From the NCBI GenBank assembly GCA_040388515.1, contig JAZKBQ010000004.1, forward strand, positions 182,382 through 246,381: a DNA stretch of 64,000 nt, written 5' to 3'. Numbering within the stretch: the stretch's first letter is position 1; each line of letters opens with the position of its first letter. Under the pieces are notes generated by a model. The model was not told the origin of the DNA. It did no database searches and saw only the letters and a list, made by a program, of their open reading frames with translations. The translations under genes were made by a program, and so were the position numbers. Positions 11,452-21,398 of the stretch are shown here, piece by piece. The DNA is from Pseudomonadota bacterium (GTDB lineage: Bacteria > Pseudomonadota > Alphaproteobacteria > Sphingomonadales > Sphingomonadaceae).

Positions 11452-12330
11452 ATGGACAATCTGAAACGGCGTCCGTCGGGCGGCGATGCATATGTAAATC
11501 CGCTGGAATCGCGCGTTTTGCATGTGCGGGAACGCGCCAACTGGATGCGCCGCCGACTCCTGAAAATGATCGTCGATGCGGGTCAGGGCCACCCCGGGGG
11601 CGATCTTTCGGCTACCGATATCCTTTCTGCTCTCTATTTCGATATTCTGCGAATTGACAGTTCCTCCCCTGCCGCTCCGGACCGCGACCGTTTCGTGATG
11701 TCCAAAGGGCATTGTACCGGCGCGCTTTATTCGGCGCTGGCCGGAGCGGGTTTTTTTCCGGAGGCGGAGCTCGAAACCTATCTCAAGCCCGAGTCGCGGC
11801 TCAACGGCCATCCGAACCGGATGTATCTGCCGGGCGTCGAAACCAACACAGGGCCGCTTGGGCATGGCCTGCCCGTGGCCGTCGGAATCGCCATTGCTGG
11901 GCAGATCGACAAGGCGGACTATCGCGTCTTCGCCCTGACCGGCGATGGCGAGTTGCAGGAAGGCAGCATGTGGGAAGCCGCTATGCTTGCCGGTCATCGC
12001 GGACTCGGAAACCTCACCGTGATCGTCGATCGCAACCGATTGCAACAGGGCGCGGGAACCGAGGACACCAATTCGCTCGAGCCGCTTGCTGACAAGTGGC
12101 GCGCGTTCGGTTGGGATGTGGTCGGGGTTTCCGGGCATGACCATCGTGCCTTGCTAGAAACCTTCGACGCTGCCGCCGAACCTCGCGACCGTCCACGCTG
12201 CATCATTGCCGATACCATCAAGGGTAAAGGCGTGAGCTTCATGGAAAATCAGGCGGGATGGCATCATGGCGTCCCCAATCCCGAGCAATTCGCGCAGGCG
12301 CTCTCGGAACTCGATGCGGAGATGAAATAG
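11452..12330 (+). CDS. Transketolase, N-terminal (TPP-binding) subunit
   Basis: 292 aa, GHPGGDLSATDIL and GDGELQEG TPP motifs. GGAGAGGG RBS. Confidence 0.85.
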   Translation: MDNLKRRPSGGDAYVNPLESRVLHVRERANWMRRRLLKMIVDAGQGHPGGDLSATDILSALYFDILRIDSSSPAAPDRDRFVMSKGHCTGALYSALAGAGFFPEAELETYLKPESRLNGHPNRMYLPGVETNTGPLGHGLPVAVGIAIAGQIDKADYRVFALTGDGELQEGSMWEAAMLAGHRGLGNLTVIVDRNRLQQGAGTEDTNSLEPLADKWRAFGWDVVGVSGHDHRALLETFDAAAEPRDRPRCIIADTIKGKGVSFMENQAGWHHGVPNPEQFAQALSELDAEMK

Positions 12331-13292
12331 TGGCCGCCGCAACCATCCCTGCCGAGGGCATGTTCGATTGCCGCGACGCCTATGTCGCCGCTGTCGAGGC
12401 GCTCGCCGCGAACGACGGCCGTATCGTCGCCGTGGTGAACGATTCCGTCGGCTCGTCGAAGCTCGGCAAGTTCCGTGACCGTTTTCCCGAGCGCCTGGTC
12501 AATGTCGGTATTGCCGAACAGAATATGGTCGGTGTCGGTGCGGGCCTGGCCAACGGCGGTAAAATTCCTTTCGTCAGCGGCGCCGGATGTTTTCTGACCG
12601 CGCGGGCGATGGAGCAGATCAAGGTCGATTGCGCCTATAGCCAGGCCAATGTGAAGCTTTGCGGCATTTCGAGCGGCGTCGCCTACGGCGAACTGGGCGC
12701 GACGCACCACAGCATCGAAGACATCGCTTGGCTGCGTGCGATCGACAAGCTGACCGTGATCGTCCCGTCCGACCCGTGGGAGACGACCGAAGCGATCAAG
12801 GCTGCGGCCGCTCACGACGGGCCGGTCTACATCCGCATCAGCCGTATGCCGGTCCCGGCAATCGAACGAAAAGAGCAGACGTTCTCGATCGGGAAGGCCG
12901 AAACACTGCGCGATGGCAACGACGTCGCAATTATCGCGAACGGAACCCTGGTCCATCGCGCGATTGCTGCTGCGGACGCACTCAAGGCGGAGGGGATTTC
13001 TGCAAAGGTCATCAACATGGCGACAGTCTCGCCGGTGGATGAAGCTGCAATCGCTGCAGCGGCAGCGACAGGCGTGATCGTGACCGCCGAAGAGGGGCTC
13101 GCGAAGGGCGGCCTTGGTGGTGCCGTCGCCGAATTTTGTGCGCAGCATGCGCCCGTTCGCATGCGGATGATCGGCTTTCCCGGCTTCCTGCCGACCGGTT
13201 CGGCGAAATGGCTGATGGAGCATTTCGGTCTGACGGCCGATGGCATTGCAACCGCCGCGCGTGAGCTGCTCGGCAAGGATGCGACCGCATGA
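12330..13292 (+). CDS. Transketolase, C-terminal (pyrimidine-binding) subunit
   Basis: ORF 12258..13292 trimmed to GTG 12330, which overlaps the upstream TAG by 1 nt. IAEQNMVGVGAGLA motif. Confidence 0.85.
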   Translation: MAAATIPAEGMFDCRDAYVAAVEALAANDGRIVAVVNDSVGSSKLGKFRDRFPERLVNVGIAEQNMVGVGAGLANGGKIPFVSGAGCFLTARAMEQIKVDCAYSQANVKLCGISSGVAYGELGATHHSIEDIAWLRAIDKLTVIVPSDPWETTEAIKAAAAHDGPVYIRISRMPVPAIERKEQTFSIGKAETLRDGNDVAIIANGTLVHRAIAAADALKAEGISAKVINMATVSPVDEAAIAAAAATGVIVTAEEGLAKGGLGGAVAEFCAQHAPVRMRMIGFPGFLPTGSAKWLMEHFGLTADGIATAARELLGKDATA

Positions 13293-14770
13293 CGGACCAG
13301 GTCATCCTCGCGATCGATCAGGGGACGACCAATACCAAGGCCCTGCTCGTGCGGGACGACGGCACGGTCGTACTCTCGCGGTCGCGCGCCATGCGCGTCG
13401 ATTATCCGCGACCCGGCTGGGCCGAGCAGTCGGCATCGGACATATGGGAAGCCGTTGCAGGCCTGATTGCCGAACTCGAGGCTGCGGCGCCCCGGACTCA
13501 GGTCCGGGCTCTCGCCATCGCAAACCAACGTGAAACGGTCGTCCTTTGGGATGCGAAAACCGGCAAGCCGCTCGGCCCTGCAGTCATCTGGCAATGCCAG
13601 CGCTCGGCCGATCGCTGTGCGGCATTGCGGGAAGCGGGGCATGAGGCGGAGGTCATCGAGCGTTGCGGGCTGGGGCTCGATCCCCTGTTTCCAGCGGCCA
13701 AGATCGCATGGCTGCTCGACTCCGTCCCCGATGGCCGTGACCGCGCCGGGCGCGGCGAATTACGGTGCGGCACCATCGACAGCTGGCTGCTCTGGAACCT
13801 GACAGGTGGTGCGGTTCACGCGACGGATCACGGCAATGCTTCGCGCACGCAACTGTTCAACCTATCGACGCTCGACTGGGATCCCGAACTGGCTCGCCTG
13901 TTCGACGTGCCGCTTTCGCTCCTTCCTAACATCAAAAGCTCGGACAGCTGTTTCGGTACGGTCGCGTCGGGACTGACTGCACTGCCCGAAGGGACGCCGA
14001 TCCATGCGATGCTCGGCGACAGCCATGCGGCGCTGTTCGCGCACGGCATTTCGGCGCCGGGCAGGGTCAAGGCGACGATCGGCACAGGCAGTTCGTTGAT
14101 GGCTGCGACGGAAGAGCGTGTCCGGTCTTCGCATGGCTTGTCGAGCACTATCGCCTGGAGCCGCAGCGGTCGCGCGCAACATGCGCTAGAAGGCAATATT
14201 TCCGTGTCGGGGCATGCTGCAGCATTCGCCATCGCGCTGCTCGGCCTGTCGGATGAAGCGGCGCTGAGCGAGCTGGCCGCAAGCGTTTCAGATGCCGGTG
14301 GCGTGGTCTTCGTGCCTGCTCTGGGGGGACTTGGCGCCCCGCACTGGTGCGTCGAGGCGCGTGGCACGATTTCGGGTATGTCGCTCTCGACCAAGCCGGC
14401 CCACGTCGCGCGTGCGGCCCTGGAAGCGATCGCGCTCCAGATCGGCGATGTTCTTGCCGCACTCGAAGCGGATCTGGGTACGGCGCTTGCCGAATTGTCG
14501 GTGGATGGCGGCGCCGCCCGAAACGATTTCCTGATGCAGTTGCTGGCGGATTTGAGCGATCACCCGATCGTACGTCCCGTCATTGCCGAAGCCAGCGCCC
14601 TTGGTGCGGCCCGCATGGCGCTTGCCGCACTCGGAATTGCTGATTGGCGCGCGACATCCGCGGAATCGCAACGGTTTACGCCGGCGCTGCCGGCCGATCG
14701 CAGGGAAGAAATCGTGCAGCGGTGGCGCGCCGCGGTTCGCAACGCGGTGCGCGCTGCAAAGGAGACGTGA
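13289..14770 (+). CDS. FGGY-family carbohydrate kinase (candidate ketose/apulose kinase)
   Basis: 493 aa. LAIDQGTTNTKALL N-terminal ATPase motif. ATGA overlap with the transketolase subunit. Confidence 0.8.
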   Translation: MTDQVILAIDQGTTNTKALLVRDDGTVVLSRSRAMRVDYPRPGWAEQSASDIWEAVAGLIAELEAAAPRTQVRALAIANQRETVVLWDAKTGKPLGPAVIWQCQRSADRCAALREAGHEAEVIERCGLGLDPLFPAAKIAWLLDSVPDGRDRAGRGELRCGTIDSWLLWNLTGGAVHATDHGNASRTQLFNLSTLDWDPELARLFDVPLSLLPNIKSSDSCFGTVASGLTALPEGTPIHAMLGDSHAALFAHGISAPGRVKATIGTGSSLMAATEERVRSSHGLSSTIAWSRSGRAQHALEGNISVSGHAAAFAIALLGLSDEAALSELAASVSDAGGVVFVPALGGLGAPHWCVEARGTISGMSLSTKPAHVARAALEAIALQIGDVLAALEADLGTALAELSVDGGAARNDFLMQLLADLSDHPIVRPVIAEASALGAARMALAALGIADWRATSAESQRFTPALPADRREEIVQRWRAAVRNAVRAAKET

Positions 14771-14833
14771 GGACCGGAACTTCGACCGGGGAGCGTGGGT
14801 GAAAGTTCAGAATACAAACGAGGGAGAGGGAAA

Positions 14834-17800
14834 ATGATTTTCGATCAAATACAACGCCGCAGGGTGCGGAAGATTTCGCAGGGACTGCTTCTCGCGAGCG
14901 CCAGTCTGACGACGCTGGTCGCAGCACCTGCATTTGCGCAAACGAAACCTGCAGACGACACCTCCGCAGCTGCGGACATCGTCGTCACGGGCAGCCGCAT
15001 CAAGAGCCTGACGCTGACGTCGCCGTCGCCGCTTCAGGCTGTGACGTCCGAGAGCATCGAGAACGCCGGTGCGACGAACGTTCAGCAAGTGCTTGCGCAG
15101 ATCCCGGCAGTGGGCGTGCCGAGCCAGACGCGCGTCGGCAACGCCGGTGACACCAATCCGGGCTTGTCCACGGTCAACTTACGCAACTTGGGCACCGACC
15201 GCACCCTGGTGCTGATCGATGGCCGTCGTACCGTCGCCGGCATTCCCGGCACGGCCCAGGTGGACCTTTCGATGATCCCGGCATCGTTCGTCGAACGCGT
15301 CGACGTGCTGACGGGCGGCGCTTCCGCCGTCTATGGCTCGGACGCCATCGCCGGTGTCGTGAACTTCATTTACAAGAAGAATTTCCAGGGCTTCCAGGGG
15401 AATATCCAGGGCGGCGAATCGGAACTCGGCGACGACCAGCGCTGGTCGATCAACGGAACGTTCGGGCAGAACTTTGCCGACGATCGTGGCAACGTGATGG
15501 TTTACGCGGGATACAATCACGAAGGGAATGTTCCCAACTACAAGCGTGAGCGTACCGCGAGCGGCTACAGCAGCCTCGGAAACCTGCTGCGTGTCGGCGG
15601 CAACAGCGATGCCAACCTGACGGCAGCGCAAAACCTGTTCAACCGCTACTATTCGCCATCGAATGTCGGTTCGGGCGGTACGTTCAACTTCGGCGGCGTG
15701 GGCAGCCGGCTTATCCTGCCGGACGGGTCGCTGGACGTATTCCCGTCTTTGACGGCGGCGAACATCACCGATGCGGCGACCTTGGCCAAGGTCGCCAAAT
15801 ACGGGTATAATGCCGCCGCGGTCGGCCAGCAGGCATCGCCTTCGGACCAGTTCACGGTCGCCACGCGCATCAATTTCGATGTGACAGAAAACCTGAACCT
15901 GTTCGCTGAATCGACATACTCGAACTACCGCACTGTCGGTAAGCGCGAAGCGTCGCCGATGCGTACGGACAGTGCGCTGGGTGCGTTCACGGGAAGCAAC
16001 GGCTTCTTCCCGATCCAGTTCCAGGTGGTGAACCCCAACAACCCGGCGGATGTGCGGATCCTCAACAACCCGCTCGTCCCGACGGCGGTATTCAACGCTG
16101 CGGACAACCGCTTCGCCAACGACACATTCGCGTCGAAGGACATCAGCTTCCTGATCCGGACGACCGGCTTTGGTGACGGCACGCGCAGCACACCGACCGA
16201 GCGCGACAATTTCCGCGTTGCGGCCGGTGGTACCTACAAGCTGGGAGGCGACTGGTCGGCCGACTTCTATTATCAGTATGGCTTCACCAAGCAGCGCCAG
16301 GGGATGACGGGTCTTGCTGATCTCAACCGCCTCGTTCAGGCGGTGCAGGTCATTCCCGACGTGTTCGATTACAACCGGAACGGCAACACGACCGAGGCGA
16401 TCTGCGTCGATGCGACCGCACGTTCGCAGGGCTGCGTACCGATCAACATCTATGGCCTGAATGCGGACGGTTCGAGCAAGATCTCGAAGGAAGCAGCAGC
16501 TTACCTGATGACCGATCTGAGCCGTTATTCGAAGCAGGTCATGCAGACAGCGTCGGTGAACGTCGGCGGGCCGATCTTCAACCTTCCGGCCGGCCCCGTT
16601 CAGATTTCGGTCGGTGCGGAATGGCGTGAGGAAGACAGCAACGAGGATTTCGATCCGCTGACCAACACCGCGCGAAACGGTTATGTCCAGTTGCTCGACA
16701 CCTTCGGCAGCTTCAATGTGAAGGAAGCATATGGCGAAGTCGTGGTGCCGCTCATCCACAACACGCCTCTCATCCACAACCTGACATTGCGTGGTGCCGC
16801 TCGCCTGTCGGATTATTCGACCGTCGGCAGCTTCTGGGCCTGGAACGTCGGTGGAGAATGGTCACCGGTCGAGGACATCCGCTTCCGCGCTGTCTATGCC
16901 CATGCGGTGCGCGCACCGAATATCGGTGAACTCTATGCAGCCGCCGCTGCCGGTATCATCACCATCACCGATCCCTGTCAGGGCGTAACCCTGGCGGCGA
17001 CGAGTGCGACGGCCGTGAACTGCCGAAAAGATCCGGGCATCCTTGCAAACATTGCCGCCAACGGCTCGGTGGTGCTCACGTCGTCGGATACTGCGGGCGT
17101 CGGCAGCATCACGGCGGCCAATCCGAACATCAAGCAAGAGACCGGCAAGACGCTGACGTTGGGAGCGGTGATCAATCCGCGCTCGATCAATGCGCTTCGC
17201 GACTTCACATTCTCGGTGGACTATTTCGACATCGAGCTCGAAGGCGCGATTAACCGTCTGGCCGCGGCGACAGTGCTGAACAAATGCTATGTCAGCGGAC
17301 TGTCCGATTTCTGCCAGTTCGTGACCCGGCGTCAGTCACCATCGGGCGCGTTCAGCGTCGGTTCGGTCGAACAGGTCGTTCGCGGCCTCGTCAACAGCGG
17401 CGGTTCGTTCACCCGCGGTCTTGACTTCACGATCAACTATTCGCCGCGGTTGTTTGGTGGACAAGCCAACTTCCACGCCAGTTGGACGCACCTGCTCAAG
17501 CAGGGAATCGTTCCGCTGACCGGCGATGCCTATGACAACCAGATGGGCGAAATCGGCACGCCGCAGGACTCGGCCACCGCCCAGATCAGCTGGGACAACG
17601 ACACTTTCGGGTTCACCCTGAACACGCAATATGTCGGGCAGCAGGAGTTCGATTACGAAAATTACCAGGTGAACTTCCGCCTTGCCGACGGCTCGCTGCC
17701 CGACCGCAAGTATTTCACCATCGGATCGAAAATCTACAACGACCTGCAGGTCCGCTACAAAGGCATCCAGAACATCGAGCTCTATGCCGGCGTGAACAAC

Positions 17801-17914
17801 CTGTTCGACGTCCAGCAGCCGCCACTGTGGGCCGGAACGCCCAACGGCAGCCCGAACTCGATCTGGGATATCATCGGCCGCCGCTACTACGCCGGTGCTC
17901 GTGTGAAGTTCTAA
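14834..17914 (+). CDS. TonB-dependent outer-membrane receptor
   Basis: ORF trimmed to MIFDQIQRR (GGGAGAGGG RBS). Signal peptide ends AFAQ, followed by plug motif DIVVTGSRIK and a C-terminal RYYAGARVKF beta-barrel terminus. Confidence 0.9.
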   Translation: MIFDQIQRRRVRKISQGLLLASASLTTLVAAPAFAQTKPADDTSAAADIVVTGSRIKSLTLTSPSPLQAVTSESIENAGATNVQQVLAQIPAVGVPSQTRVGNAGDTNPGLSTVNLRNLGTDRTLVLIDGRRTVAGIPGTAQVDLSMIPASFVERVDVLTGGASAVYGSDAIAGVVNFIYKKNFQGFQGNIQGGESELGDDQRWSINGTFGQNFADDRGNVMVYAGYNHEGNVPNYKRERTASGYSSLGNLLRVGGNSDANLTAAQNLFNRYYSPSNVGSGGTFNFGGVGSRLILPDGSLDVFPSLTAANITDAATLAKVAKYGYNAAAVGQQASPSDQFTVATRINFDVTENLNLFAESTYSNYRTVGKREASPMRTDSALGAFTGSNGFFPIQFQVVNPNNPADVRILNNPLVPTAVFNAADNRFANDTFASKDISFLIRTTGFGDGTRSTPTERDNFRVAAGGTYKLGGDWSADFYYQYGFTKQRQGMTGLADLNRLVQAVQVIPDVFDYNRNGNTTEAICVDATARSQGCVPINIYGLNADGSSKISKEAAAYLMTDLSRYSKQVMQTASVNVGGPIFNLPAGPVQISVGAEWREEDSNEDFDPLTNTARNGYVQLLDTFGSFNVKEAYGEVVVPLIHNTPLIHNLTLRGAARLSDYSTVGSFWAWNVGGEWSPVEDIRFRAVYAHAVRAPNIGELYAAAAAGIITITDPCQGVTLAATSATAVNCRKDPGILANIAANGSVVLTSSDTAGVGSITAANPNIKQETGKTLTLGAVINPRSINALRDFTFSVDYFDIELEGAINRLAAATVLNKCYVSGLSDFCQFVTRRQSPSGAFSVGSVEQVVRGLVNSGGSFTRGLDFTINYSPRLFGGQANFHASWTHLLKQGIVPLTGDAYDNQMGEIGTPQDSATAQISWDNDTFGFTLNTQYVGQQEFDYENYQVNFRLADGSLPDRKYFTIGSKIYNDLQVRYKGIQNIELYAGVNNLFDVQQPPLWAGTPNGSPNSIWDIIGRRYYAGARVKF

Positions 17915-17941
17915 GACACCTTACGAAGTTACCTCCAGACT

Positions 17942-17973
17942 GGGGCGGCGCGGTGCGCCGCCCCTATTTTTTT
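17942..17973 (+). terminator. Rho-independent terminator after the TonB-dependent receptor gene
   Basis: GGGGCGGCGC-ggt-GCGCCGCCCC perfect 10-bp stem followed by TATTTTTTT. Confidence 0.85.
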
Positions 17974-18126
17974 GTCCGGTGCGTATTGCTGGGCAGAGGA
18001 ATGCAGAAGACGAACGGCAAGCCTGAGATGTGTCGTTGGCCAAGCTGTCGATCGGTAGCCAAGAGGTTGGGGAGCTTGCGCGAACGCAAACGCAGAACGT
18101 CGATGCTGTGCGGGACAAATGACGAC

Positions 18127-18164
18127 GCAGGCCGATCTTCGCGCTGCGGCAAAGATCGGCCTGC
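18127..18164 (-). terminator. Stem-loop downstream of the MFS transporter gene (candidate terminator)
   Basis: 13-bp perfect stem GCAGGCCGATCTT / AAGATCGGCCTGC with a 12-nt loop. Only a weak U-tract follows on the minus strand. Confidence 0.5.
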
Positions 18165-18205
18165 GTATGCTGGGCTGTACTACCAGTCCGGCAGTACCAA
18201 CCCTT

Positions 18206-19474
18206 TCAGCTTTCGAACTTGGCTTCGAGTTCTTCTAAGGAACGGCCCTCGTTCCGAGGCGCGCCGATAAAGCCGATCAATCCGCTGACCACCAGGAAGC
18301 CCGTCAGGATCCACGCCAGCGTCGTAAAGCCCGTCGCCGTAAGCGCGGGTACGAAAAAGCTGAACACGCCCAACGAGACGCGGACAACCGCGAACATCAG
18401 GCCTTGCGCCGTCGAGCGCAGCAGCGTCGGGAACATCTCGGCCGACCAGAGTTGGAAAAAGCTCTGTGCGCCGAAGCCGCCGCCGACCGACATCAGGAAG
18501 ACGTGCAGGATGGCGAGCGGCAGGGTCAGCGGGAAGAGCGCCAGCAGCGACATCCCGATCACTTGGATAACCGCAGAGATCAGGAAAAGCAGGCGCTGGT
18601 TCACCCGATCGGAAAACCGCATGAAGATGAAGAAGATCGAACCCATGCCAAGGATGAAGCTGAGGGTCTGCACCATCACGGCCATGAACTGGCTCTGATT
18701 GCCGACGGTACGCAGGATGTAGGGGAAGAAAAATCCGTTGGTGCCCGCCCACAGGTTCCAGACGCCGTACATGCCGATCAGGAAGGCCATCGACTGGATG
18801 TGCCGCCATGTGAACAGGTCGGAGAGTTTTGCGCGTTGCTGACTGGCCGCAGGCTGGGTCTGCGCATCCAGCCAGCGCTGCGATTCATGCATTCGCGAGC
18901 GCAGGAACGTCAGACCGATCGCGAGGATCGCAAGGTGCGCGAACACGATCCGCGCGCCCAAGAGGCCGAGAGGTGAAAGCACGAGGAACATCAGCAAGAC
19001 GACGACCGGCCCCAGGTACCATAGCACCTGTGCGACGCCGCTGTGCTTGCCGCGTGCGCCGTCGGGCGCCTGTTCGGCGATCAGCGACCAGGATGCCGGA
19101 ATATCTGCGCCGACCGCCAGTCCGACGAGGAAGAAGCCGACCACGACCATCCATGCGTTTAGCGAAAAGACCAGCCACAGCATGCCGAACGCGTAAAACA
19201 GCATGTCGTACTGGTAGATCTTTTTGCGGCCGAACACGTCGCACAGCCGCCCGCCGATCAGCGCGCCGACCCCGGCGGACACCGCATTAGGACCGAAGGC
19301 GGCGAGGATGCCGACAAGGCTGTTGCTGAGCTTATAGGCCTCTACCCACAGCGCGAGCGCAGCGGAGCCGGCAACGATCGATCCTGCATCGATATAGTTG
19401 GCGAGACCGGCAAGAATCGTGTCCCGCCATCCCTCGTTGCCTTCGCTTCGCGTAGCAGCGTTCCCCATCGACAT
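18206..19474 (-). CDS. MFS transporter (sugar-porter-like)
   Basis: 422 aa, multi-TM hydrophobic profile. GRLCDVFGRKK loop 2-3 signature. Confidence 0.85.
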   Translation of the reverse strand: MSMGNAATRSEGNEGWRDTILAGLANYIDAGSIVAGSAALALWVEAYKLSNSLVGILAAFGPNAVSAGVGALIGGRLCDVFGRKKIYQYDMLFYAFGMLWLVFSLNAWMVVVGFFLVGLAVGADIPASWSLIAEQAPDGARGKHSGVAQVLWYLGPVVVLLMFLVLSPLGLLGARIVFAHLAILAIGLTFLRSRMHESQRWLDAQTQPAASQQRAKLSDLFTWRHIQSMAFLIGMYGVWNLWAGTNGFFFPYILRTVGNQSQFMAVMVQTLSFILGMGSIFFIFMRFSDRVNQRLLFLISAVIQVIGMSLLALFPLTLPLAILHVFLMSVGGGFGAQSFFQLWSAEMFPTLLRSTAQGLMFAVVRVSLGVFSFFVPALTATGFTTLAWILTGFLVVSGLIGFIGAPRNEGRSLEELEAKFES

Positions 19475-19611
19475 TCCCTCTCACATAGGCATATGATAAT
19501 ATTATTGAGCAGGTGTAGCAGGCGTCGATTGGTCGGGGCAAGTGCCGACGTCCGGTTACGAACACGCATATGCCAGCACGCAAATAATCTCGCCATTTGA
19601 GGGAGAGTGGC

Positions 19612-21207
19612 ATGCCGATTTCACGACGGACAGTGTTGGCCAATGTCCTTGCGCTCGGCGCGGCAACCGCCGCCGAACCGCTTTCCGCAGCGTCGCGCAA
19701 AGCGACGCGACCAACGCATGTCGAGCGCTGGGGCGTGCATGAAGTCGCACTCGATGGGCCGACGGCGGGCAATCCGTTCATCGACGTCTCGATCGCCGCG
19801 ACTTTCACGAATGCTGCAGGCCGGAAAGTACGTGTCCCGGGATTTTATGATGGCGAGGGCGTCTATCGCATCCGTTTCAGTCCGCCCGATATCGGACAAT
19901 GGCGCTGGACCAGCGAAAGCAATGTCGCCTTGCTGCAGGGGCAGACAGGCAGTTTCGATGTCGTAACGCCCGGGCTAGGTAATCACGGCCCGATACGCGT
20001 GACCAAGGACGGCTATCATTTCGAATATGCCGACGGCGCGCCGTTTCGCCAGATCGGCACGACATGCTATTCTTGGGCATTGCAGTCCGACGCGCGTTGC
20101 GCGGAGACGCTGGCGACGCTGAAGGGCGCGCCGTTTAACAAATTGCGAATGCTGGTTTTTCCGAACGTGGAATCGGTTGCGACCAATCCCTTCCAACGCA
20201 CCGGTGACGGCCCGCGCGAGTGGGATGCGGCACGGTTCGATCCGGCCTATTTTCGCCGGTACGAAGATCGCATCGTCCGGCTGGGCGCGCTCGGCATCGA
20301 GGCGGACGTGATCCTTTTCCATCCCTATGACGAGAAGCGCGGCTATTCGGACATGACGCGCGCCGATGATGAGCGCTACCTGCGCTATGTTACGGCGCGT
20401 TTCGGGGCTTATCGCAATGTCTGGTGGTCGATGGCGAATGAATATGACGCTATCAAAACCAAGGCGATGGACGATTGGGACCATCTGTTTCAGGTCCTGG
20501 TCGGGGCCGATCCGCATGACCGGCTCAGGTCCATCCACCAGATCAACACCTATTACGATCACCGGAAGCCGTGGATCACCCATGCCAGCGTCCAGAACGG
20601 GGTCGCCGTCCTTGATGATGTGCGGGCCCAGCTTCATCGCGCCTTCGCGCTGAAACCGGTCATTTTCGACGAAGTGGTTTACGAGGGGAATTCCACCAAA
20701 CGCTGGGGATCGCTCACGGGCCCGGAAATGGTCGAACGTTTCTGGTTCGGGCTGATCGGCGGTACCTATGTCGGGCATAGCGAGACGTACAATGCGGATC
20801 GCAACGCAGATTATTCCTGGCTGGGGCAGGGTGGCAAGCTCGCCGGTAGCAGTGCCCCTCGTCTCGCGTTCCTGCGCAAGGTCATGGAGGATGGTCCGAC
20901 GCCGGGGATCGAGCCGATCCAGCCTTGGTGGGGATATCACCTCGGCGGCAAGGCCGACGCCTATTATCTACGCTATTTCGGATCAGACACGCCGACCGAA
21001 TGGGAGGTTGCGCTCCCCGGCCGCGGGACAGAAGCGCTGCAAAGCTATCGCGCCGACATCATCGACACCTGGAACATGACGGTCACGCCGGTCGCCGGAA
21101 AATTCACCATGGCGCGTAAGAACGATTATGATGTGCATGACCCGAGCCGCCCAAAGCTGGCGCTACCGGGAAAACCCTGGATCGCCGTCCGCCTCGTACG
21201 CGTCTGA
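19612..21207 (+). CDS. Tat-exported glycoside-hydrolase-like protein (DUF5060 / DUF4038-like / DUF5605 architecture)
   Basis: ORF trimmed to MPISRRTVLANVLALGAATAA (twin-arginine signal, GGGAGAG RBS). N-terminal Ig-like DUF5060-type segment, then a TIM-barrel-like core. Confidence 0.6.
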   Translation: MPISRRTVLANVLALGAATAAEPLSAASRKATRPTHVERWGVHEVALDGPTAGNPFIDVSIAATFTNAAGRKVRVPGFYDGEGVYRIRFSPPDIGQWRWTSESNVALLQGQTGSFDVVTPGLGNHGPIRVTKDGYHFEYADGAPFRQIGTTCYSWALQSDARCAETLATLKGAPFNKLRMLVFPNVESVATNPFQRTGDGPREWDAARFDPAYFRRYEDRIVRLGALGIEADVILFHPYDEKRGYSDMTRADDERYLRYVTARFGAYRNVWWSMANEYDAIKTKAMDDWDHLFQVLVGADPHDRLRSIHQINTYYDHRKPWITHASVQNGVAVLDDVRAQLHRAFALKPVIFDEVVYEGNSTKRWGSLTGPEMVERFWFGLIGGTYVGHSETYNADRNADYSWLGQGGKLAGSSAPRLAFLRKVMEDGPTPGIEPIQPWWGYHLGGKADAYYLRYFGSDTPTEWEVALPGRGTEALQSYRADIIDTWNMTVTPVAGKFTMARKNDYDVHDPSRPKLALPGKPWIAVRLVRV

Positions 21208-21261
21208 AAGTTGGCAAGATTATCCGCACCGGTGTTGGTAAGCAGCGCGTTGTGATGGAAG

Positions 21262-21306
21262 TGGTGCCGGCTAGAGGGATCGAACCCCTGACCCCCTGAT
21301 TACAAA
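21262..21306 (-). other. 3' half of tRNA-Thr(UGU), from anticodon loop to CCA end; att-site remnant, not a functional tRNA
   Basis: The minus strand reads TTTGTAA-TCAGG-GGGTC-AGGGG-TTCGATC-CCTCT-AGCCGGC-A-CCA. That is the anticodon loop, 3' anticodon stem, variable loop, T-arm, 3' acceptor strand and CCA. Upstream sequence (CTAATGC...) cannot pair as anticodon stem, D-arm or 5' acceptor strand. Confidence 0.75.
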
Positions 21307-21398
21307 GCATTAGCCCTCGGCTGGAATCAAGGGCCGTTCCGACATGTTCGCGGTTTGAACGCGGTTGCCTTCACGACTGGGGCAGGGGGCGTGTCGGA

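Noticed and set aside
21262-21338. A complete tRNA gene at the prophage boundary
   Set aside because: Only the anticodon loop, 3' anticodon stem, variable loop, T-arm and 3' acceptor strand with CCA can be drawn. The upstream 30 nt provide no 5' acceptor strand (GCCGGCT expected), no D-arm and no 5' anticodon stem.
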